Assembly: GCA_030141605.1 (NCBI GenBank)
Contig: JAQGDQ010000408.1
Span: 1-64,000 of the forward strand
Source: Tubiluchus corallicola
Lineage: Eukaryota; Animalia; Priapulida
Reading direction: 5' to 3'
DNA: 64,000 nucleotides
This document shows, in pieces, positions 57,101 through 64,000 of the stretch. A model generated the notes under the pieces. The model saw only the letters and a program-made list of their open reading frames with translations. It ran no database searches and was not told the origin of the DNA. Positions within the stretch are counted from its first letter, which is position 1, and every line of letters starts with the position of its first letter. The position numbers and the translations under genes are program-made.

Positions 57101-59692
57101 CTACAATTACGTAGGGGCAGTAGTGATAAACTGCCCAAAGAAATTACCCATTAGGAAACTTTCCCACTTATGTATCAAGTGCTTAATGCTTAGATCACTT
57201 AATGACCATTATACCATTAAGTTCTCATTAGGATTACTATCAGTCATTACCTGTCACTTGTAATAAGTATCGGGCAGAACAAAGTGCATTAGCAGTTTAC
57301 CCATATTTTCTTATTTTCAAAATTACTCTTTCATTGATTGTGAAAGTAATATCACAAAGCAAATGGGTAATTTTGTTACAAATTACACTCTTTACAAACA
57401 TAAACATTGTGCATTCATTGTGCTGTGGTGTAAAACTTGAAATAGCTTTAATGTTGCACTAAAAGAGTGTCGAAACTTGCACAATTTTAAAGGAAAACTG
57501 GGCGATTTTTTTAATCCTACTCCATTTTGACGCACGGTAAAAGGTATACGTTTTAATAAAGTCATATAATAAAGCCAAAGTGTTTTTGGTAATTAAATAA
57601 TAAATAAAGATTTAATTAACGCTCAATGAGCCCAATTACTGATGACATCACAAGTGAACGTGACTTTCAACAGGACAAACGTTCAGTGAGCGTGTGACAC
57701 ACGTTTGTGAGCGTGTGACACACGTTTGTGAGCGTGTGACACACGTTTGTGAAACTGTGATATACAAAAAACCCTGGAAATTGTAAAATTAAAATTTCAA
57801 GTTTACCACTGTGCTCACGAATGAGCTCTCGAACGTGTGCATCACATCACAACTGAACAGCTCTGGAATGAGTGGTACAGCACCTGTTTTTTTAGTACAA
57901 CGCAAGCACTAGTACCCATCTAACTAACAAATGGTGAAATGCATGTAACAGTGAAGAACTAGCCATCCGAACGCGTAATTATCATTCTGTGATAATAATT
58001 CTTTCACGTAAGTTATTCTTGAAAAAAATAGTATGTTTTCTTTCAATATTCTATACGGTAGGCGCTTTTGAGTGGGTCCAGTTCCCATTGAAAAACAGAT
58101 TAATTGACAAAAACGAATCGAATTTAGTGCTTTGTTTATGCTGAAAATTTCTAAACTATTATATTTGCGTAATATCATTGTCCTCTTTCTTTGCCTATTA
58201 TAATCATCTAAAATTGGCCAGTCAATGTGGCTGGGTCCCCGCCGGGAGAGTTTGAAGATAGTGAATAGGGGTCGAAATCTGAATCTTTCCAGATGACTCA
58301 CGTGATGACCCTTGTGTGTGTGCCATTGTAGATTGTATGATTTACAATTTGTTTGTGTGTGGTGTTGATGTCATTTGAGTTTAATTATACTGCAGTAAAC
58401 AGTTTTGATTGCACAAAACACCATAAAGTATGAACAATTGTTTTTTATTTGAATAAAATTGCTTTGTCATTATCAAAAAACTAAAAAACTGAAGTTTTTA
58501 GTGTCGGTGAATTGAGAGTTACAAAATTTTTATCGAAACTGCAAATTCCTACATTGCACAAGTACAATTTTCAATGTACTTCTTTCATTAACTAAACTCA
58601 TTGATTTTCTCAGTTATATTAAAGTTCGTAATAAAGAAAAAGATCTCGCCTAGATGGCGCTCATCTCTGTCAAAACACGGCAACACAAGAACAGAGCTCT
58701 AAAGGTAGACGAACTTTCGTCTTAAAACATAATCTCGCCTTTAAGAGTAGAAGATAAGACGGACAAGTGATCAAGCGTGAGGATAACATTCGTAGTTACA
58801 GCACAAAGAATGCAATTACCTAGGTATTTACAGCAAACCTAAGCCTGACTTACTGTACGCTTAAAACGCCCACTTAAGTGCCAGTCTAAATTTTTTTTAA
58901 AAAATCATAATGTATCACATACTCTCATAGTTTAATATACTTATTGTACCTATAATACAGATCTCTGATATGATATTTACTGTTATATAGTTTCACGGCA
59001 CTTATTAGTTATGTACATTAGTATAAATCACTGACATTCTATATATACATAAGTCTGAATCATAGTCATATTATATTTACTGCCATAGATTCACGGAACT
59101 TATTAGTTATTGTACGCAAGTACAAATCACTGATATATATTTATACTTATAGTTAATGTTTCATATGTGAACGCGAGCATGAATCACATGAATGACTGAA
59201 CATGACAATCATTAACATTGACTGCTGTAGTTGCCAATGTAAACATTACACGCATCTAGAATATGAATCACTGCTATTACAGTCTAGCAGCACTTGAAAT
59301 TGTTTGCTGCTATCGCCTAGCTGATGTTTACAGACAGTCAAGTTACCAATATTTAAATACCATCGTATGTCAAACCACAAAGTTGCATTTAATAGCTGTA
59401 CCATGTGTAGATACTTTCTTAAAGCCAGAGAAAAATCGATAATTTTTATCACGTGCAGTGCTTTTTTTTAAATGCACATGTAGTTACTTATAGTATGCTA
59501 AAATTCAAGTTGCCAATATTTAAATACCATCATATGTCAAACCAGAAAGTTCCATTTAATATACATGCAGGGCCGGCCTTAGGTAATTGGAGGCCCTAGG
59601 CGAAGTGAATTTGGTGGCCCCAAATGAAATAGAATAAAAAATAAATACGAAAAAATGAAATTACGCAATTTACGAGAGAGAGAGGGGGGAGA

Positions 59693-59731
<39 letters not shown>

Positions 59732-62700
59732 AGAGAGAGGGAGAGAGAGAGAATGTTCGCATAAAGCAAAAAAAATTTTACGTCCCCCTGGATGGTGAGG
59801 CCCTAGGCGGTTGCCTAGTTCGCCTATGCTTAAGACCCGCCCTGATACATGTGTAGATACTTTCTTAAAAAAATTCTACAGTATCTAATAATAATTACGA
59901 TACTCAATATTAAAAATACATCGTAGACATCCCATTTTTAAATATATATATATATAGGCCTAGCAGGGCAAATCCCACTAGAGCAGCAGCATACAGTAGT
60001 CAAAGTAAACCTCATTGGGATATCAAGAGAAATAGGTCAATAAAAGCGGCGGTTGTTTAGTAACAATAGCTGACATTTATAGCAGCACAATACTAAGTAA
60101 ACTATGGACTAGGGAAGCTGATTGAACCTCTACCATCAAGAAACTAGGTCGCGCGTTTAGACCATATTAATAAGCAGGCAGAACGTTTGGCGTAGCAAAC
60201 AGGAAATGAAGATGATACGTTTTTAAAACATGCATACGTAAGCTTTCCCATGGTTTAATCACGCGTAGCGAACTAAGCATATCACTTAGTCAATTATTTA
60301 TTACACGGGTATCCATTTTTTCCCAAATTTGCCAAGTTACAAGACTGTCATGTCTGTTATGTTACCAATACTTGTAAATAATCAAAATCTCTATAAAAAT
60401 TTTCCTTTTAGTAGAAATAGAAAAAGACTGTTCACTACGGGGTCAGCATTCTCTACCAGAAATAGAATTAGAATCGAATCTGTGTCTTTCGAATTCGAGT
60501 CACACCGAATTTCAGTATTTCGAATTTGAGTCGAATTTAAATTGAGTTTGAAAGATTTTCGAACCCTCAGTAAAAAACGGTTTTACAAAGACCAATAGGC
60601 CCTATTACTCGATTTCGTTCTGCAATAAAACCACTAATAATTAGTTTAAAAATTGCGCACGAAAATTGCTAATAAATTGTGCTAATTGTGTGATGTTTAA
60701 AACGTTTTAATGACAAAGGAATGAATGTGGTTGAAGTGCTGAATTATTCCAATCCATTATGTTCGCATCGAATTCGAATAAAAAAAACGCGCTCTAATCG
60801 AATTCATTCAATGCTCACCCCTACTGTTCAGACAAGTAGATCCATAATGCACATTTTTCATGCAATATGGAGCGTTGGAAGACAGATTTCACCGATCCAC
60901 ACTCAACTTATAATGGATGTTTGCGAAGAGATCCAAACATGGCAATGATTTTGCGTGTTGAATGTTTTGTTGTTTTTAGCCATTTTTATTTATTTTGTTA
61001 ATCATCTTGGAGCGTTACGGAAATGCTGGCTTTACAATTTTAATTCTACCAAGTGAAAAATACCCACTTATCTTGGATTTTCTTATTTTTGCATATACTT
61101 TCTCTCATGCAAAGGTAAATAAGTGAAGGTAGTAGAGAAGACAGAACTGAGTAATAGCCACTGTTCACAGCAATGACTCACTCATTTACAAATCAGGGTC
61201 AGTGTTGCTCAACTTCTTGAACCAATCACAGCTATTCTCCTTGTCCTAATTGTAACTGTCACATACAGAGTAGGGACAGGCATCAAACAGTCGAACAAGT
61301 TTGTTTATTTCTAACCTAAAATTGTGGATTCGAACAATTCACCACTTTAACTGCATACGTCTGTTGATTATCAAAACATTTGAAAAAACATGCAATTGGC
61401 ACAGTTTAGCTGCAATTTCTGCACACAATTTTTAAACAAATATTAGTGTTTTTACTGCAGGACAAAATCGAACGATATGCCTGTTCTTTGTGAAACTGCC
61501 TTTATTAATGATTTGAAAATTAATTCGAAAATCTTTAAAACTGAATTAAAAGTAGATTCAGATTTCGAAATATTGAAATTCAGTTTGATGAGAGTTCAAG
61601 AGTGAAAGATTCGGTTGGAATTCGCTTTCTAAAATGGAGTGCTCACCCCTAAAACATAATATTAAAACGGCTACGCCTATAACTACCAAAAATACGGATC
61701 CAACTTTCGCCTACTACACTTTTCTGGCTATTCTATTCTTAAAACTGTGGATAAAATAGGTAAAATTTTTAAAACACATAAGGGAGTACAATAAGCCATC
61801 GAACAACCAAAAGTAAACACTACTTAAACAGCTTATACATGAGCTCTTTGTATAAACGAATTAAACTACAGCTAATTAATTTTGAAGTACACACTCAGCC
61901 TATTTACCCGAGCATTAAATTTTACTTTCATGAGTGGGTCACTCACCGTACGCCCATTCACTTTCGCTTACGATGTCACTGTTCCAAATTTACGATGCCG
62001 GTTTGCCCCTCCGCGAAAACAACAAATGCCTTTTAACGCAGTTTAGAAGGACATTAATAGCTCACTTTGTAAATTCTGTGAGGGCACAAACGAGTACATT
62101 AAGTACTGGAAGTCACATGTAGTAATACTCAAACAATCAGAATCCTACTACTGTAAGTGAGAAAATATTTATTAAAGTGACATGTTCAAGTTAAATCATA
62201 CGTTACATCATATAGTCGTTTTCTCTATTGTATGCAAGACAAAAATTAAGACGTAAACCCAACCATTTAGGCTTACAAGTCACTGCCTATTAAGGCCAAA
62301 AGATTTCCGTAAAGTGTACCCTTGACAAAGATTGATAACTAATGGGTAACAGCAAGCTATTTAGCATGTTGGATTTATTTTACTGTTATCGCTTAAACTT
62401 AGAAAAGTATAAAAAAGAAATTTGCAAAACCATTGGACTTGAAAATTATAACGTATCCGGTGGTCCTGCCTTTTCTTAAGCAAACACTGTTCAAACTAAT
62501 TCAAGTTTCTATACCTTACCCAATATTCATGGGAAAATATGTTTAATTTTTTGCAAAACTGAATTTTGACAAAAAAACTGACAGCGTGCTGCCTTTTTTC
62601 GCTCGAAGAAGAACGTCATTGGTGGAAGAATGCGCGTTTCAAGACAGGAGAAATGTTGGCGATTTTAAAGTGATTTTACTAATTGCACGAGGCGCTTCTT

Positions 62701-63773
62701 ACAGTTTTACTGCTAACTCCTAACATTTTCCCCAAACATTGAAATAAGCCTAACTTCCCAGAAGGCTTGACCTTTCCTTTAATCACTCATACTGACTACT
62801 AGTTGTGCTAAGTAATACTTAAATACAGGTTATCAAATTTATGTAATTGATGTACTACAGCCTCCAATGTACCTATTTTCTCATATATTACAAGCGTTTA
62901 AAAAAATCGCTCAAATCAGGGAGACTATAGAAAGTGTCTGTGTACAGTCAGAAACTAAGAACCCAGAGAAAATCACTGATGACAACGTGCATTCATCGAT
63001 GTTTTTTCGGGGGACAAATGCTGAGACTTCTGCAGATGTCTAAGAATGGTAAAATTATAACAAACAGCACCAAAATGAGTGCTTTAAGATGTATCAAGTT
63101 TAAAAGGTTATGAAGAAAATTCTCATGAGCACCTTTCAAAAAAATTCAAGGAAACGTAATATAGTAAAGGCCCTTCTATTAGCAGATGACTGCAAGCAAG
63201 ACTAACTGCAAATAAAACTTGAAACAATTCAATAATAGGTGTGCTAAACGATTAAAGCTGAATTGAATCTGGCTTAATACATAATTATAAGTTTACGTTT
63301 ACGTACATCCCAAAGATCCCAAGTTCAATTCTAACCCTGTCCCACTGCTGTTTTTTTATTTTAATTTTACTTTAAAAAGTTATCAGTATTATAAGTTTGC
63401 AGCACCTTAAATCTAAAAACACATTTGCAAATGAGAAACTTTTAGATGCCTTTTTTGGGTGCATAGCGTCAGGTTTAGTCAACAACTAAGATGTACAGCA
63501 TAAACAGTCCAAATTGGCAAATTTATTTCTGTACAAAAGCTAGTCACACTGGCTTGTGATACTAGTCAGCACATTGGATTTTAATTCTTAAGATCCGGAA
63601 AAACTTGACAGAGATTTATTGACTAAATCTATAATAAACTGTAATCTGACTTAACAGTTTTACTTAAATATACCAGTATACAGTATAACACTTACAAAAA
63701 ACACAAAGTTAAATATCATTAACAGCGTTTTCATGCAAGCCACGGCTGCAGTCGTCTGAGTTTTTTGACCCAT
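41547..63773 (-). CDS. Tetraspanin, TSPAN7/TSPAN6-like, 262 aa; complement(join(41547..41639,45476..45559,46516..46683,48869..48970,50767..50841,53433..53621,63696..63773))
   Basis: Seven exons, all GT-AG and all phase 0, give four TM helices, an EC2 with CCG, PKSCC and 6 Cys, N-terminal CMKTLLMIFNFVFF and a C-terminal YETM YxxPhi motif. Confidence 0.93.
42909..43342. mobile_element. hAT MITE with perfect TIR and 8-bp TSD
   Basis: GCCGACAG|CAGGGGCGGAACTAG...CTAGTTCCGCCCCTG|GCCGACAG. Confidence 0.92.
44312..44666. mobile_element. Tc1/mariner (pogo/Tigger-like) MITE
   Basis: TA|CAGTGTTCCCTC...GAGGGAACACTG|TA. Confidence 0.88.
45476..45559 (-). CDS. Tetraspanin exon 6 (GC motif, TM4 start)
   Basis: GCHTKVVSTVHDNIAIIAGAATGFAFIQ, bounded by TTTCTAG and GTATAG. 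Confidence 0.92.
45603..45843 (-). mobile_element. Kolobok-like family A, partial
   Basis: AAAGCAAAACCGGACCCAATCTTAAACTG end, as at 14143. Confidence 0.7.
45888..46309 (+). mobile_element. hAT-like MITE family C, full copy
   Basis: 8-bp TSD TACAGTA(C/T); right end ATATGCCCCTG. Confidence 0.8.
46516..46683 (-). CDS. Tetraspanin exon 5 (CCG and PxSCC variable region)
   Basis: LHCCGSDNYTNW...VPKSCC...DIYTH, bounded by ATTTCAG and GTACGT. Confidence 0.93.
47467..47923. mobile_element. piggyBac-like MITE
   Basis: TTAA|CCCTTTC...GAAAGGG|TTAA. Confidence 0.85.
48072..48680. repeat. ~34-bp purine-rich minisatellite
   Basis: GAGAAGGGCAAAGAGAAAGGCAATGAAGAGGAAA units. Confidence 0.95.
48869..48970 (-). 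CDS. Tetraspanin exon 4 (EC2 helices)
   Basis: IFDSFKGG...AMNDMQIH, bounded by CTTTCAG and GTGAGT. Confidence 0.9.
49788..49987. repeat. (TAC/TGC)n microsatellite
   Basis: Direct observation. Confidence 0.95.
50767..50841 (-). CDS. Tetraspanin exon 3 (TM3)
   Basis: YSAILFIIFIAELAAGISAYYFKGK, bounded by TTTTTCAG and GTATGT. Confidence 0.92.
51480..51800 (-). mobile_element. Bipartite RTE-derived non-autonomous retroelement, copy 2
   Basis: Same internal junction and (CAA)n tail as 5800-6053, with a longer 5' part. Confidence 0.7.
52330..52950 (-). mobile_element. RTE-clade LINE RT fragment nested in family E element
   Basis: Minus translation RLFNAYVTSIFMYNSETW...IRWP..IKNEDL...RLRWLGHLLRLP..AP...GKPKTTW. 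Confidence 0.8.
53433..53621 (-). CDS. Tetraspanin exon 2 (end of TM1, EC1, TM2)
   Basis: ITGIAILGLG...LGFMGCYCTAKGNVFLLYI, bounded by TTCTTACAG and GTAAGT. Confidence 0.93.
53787..54256. repeat. ~46-bp tandem repeat, about 10 copies
   Basis: GAAAACTAAAATACAAAAATTAGCATCTATGCTGGGCATT units. Confidence 0.92.
57491..58060 (+). mobile_element. Kolobok-like family A, old diverged copy
   Basis: TTAA|AAGGAAAACTGGGCGATTTT start; collinear body with an internal 22-bp triplication at 57685-57752. Confidence 0.6.
59568..59844. mobile_element. MITE (CAGGG termini) carrying a GA tract, with 7-bp flanking duplication
   Basis: ATACATG|CAGGGCCGGCCTTAGG...TTAAGACCCGCCCTG|ATACATG. Confidence 0.85.
60436..60823. 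mobile_element. hAT-like MITE family D, full copy
   Basis: CTGTTCAC|TACGGGGTCAGCATT...AATGCTCACCCCTA|CTGTTCAG (8-bp TSD, 7/8 match). Confidence 0.8.
62350..62778 (-). mobile_element. Kolobok-like family B copy
   Basis: Ends GGCTTGACCTTTCCT|TTAA; reverse complement of the 13126 copy. Confidence 0.7.
63696..63773 (-). CDS. Tetraspanin coding exon 1 (MGQKTQTTAAVACMKTLLMIFNFVFF)
   Basis: ATG at 63773 in a CAAAATG context; GTAAGT donor; typical tetraspanin N-terminus. Too short to appear in the ORF track. Confidence 0.9.
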
Positions 63774-64000
63774 TTTGATGATCAGCAGTTATTACTATCG
63801 AATATTGCAACTACCCGTACTCCTCCACCTATCAAATTCTCACGTATTTGTTACACGTAAAAAATCTTGACACTTCAGTATTATCACGACTAGTAATGAA
63901 GCTAATGCAAAAAATACTATAGCTTCTAGTAAATAGTAATCATTCCAGGAACTACAGCTAACTCTCCAACGCAACTTTGCAACCAAATGTATACTGTATA

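Overview
AT-rich, intron-containing animal genomic DNA. It is probably from an invertebrate, and TTAGGG motifs, Meta-type SINEs and the Rap2 sequence suggest a spiralian (inference). Four protein-coding genes can be assembled from the sequence. (1-2) Two tandem paralogous spliced genes encode ~150-aa secreted proteins: join 1963..2023,2245..2642 and join 6641..6698,7687..8072. Each has a signal peptide and two internal copies of a G-x-L-[LV]-[KR]...V-[YF]-x-[IV]-x-[DN]-[GN]-x-[KR]-x-[HW]-I...T-F repeat. I do not recognise this repeat from any animal family; it resembles uncharacterised bacterial small proteins, so these genes are a candidate horizontally acquired, domesticated family and the top finding. 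(3) A Rap2 small GTPase with an uninterrupted CDS (11732..12292) and a splice donor 8 nt after the stop. (4) A 7-exon TSPAN7-like tetraspanin on the minus strand (63773 to 41547, 262 aa). The rest is mostly mobile and repetitive DNA: TTAA-flanked Kolobok-like, hAT, piggyBac and Tigger-like MITEs, tRNA-derived Meta-type SINEs, a bipartite RTE-derived element, decayed LINE 3' ends, and micro- and minisatellites. All family assignments come from motif recognition by eye; no searches were run.
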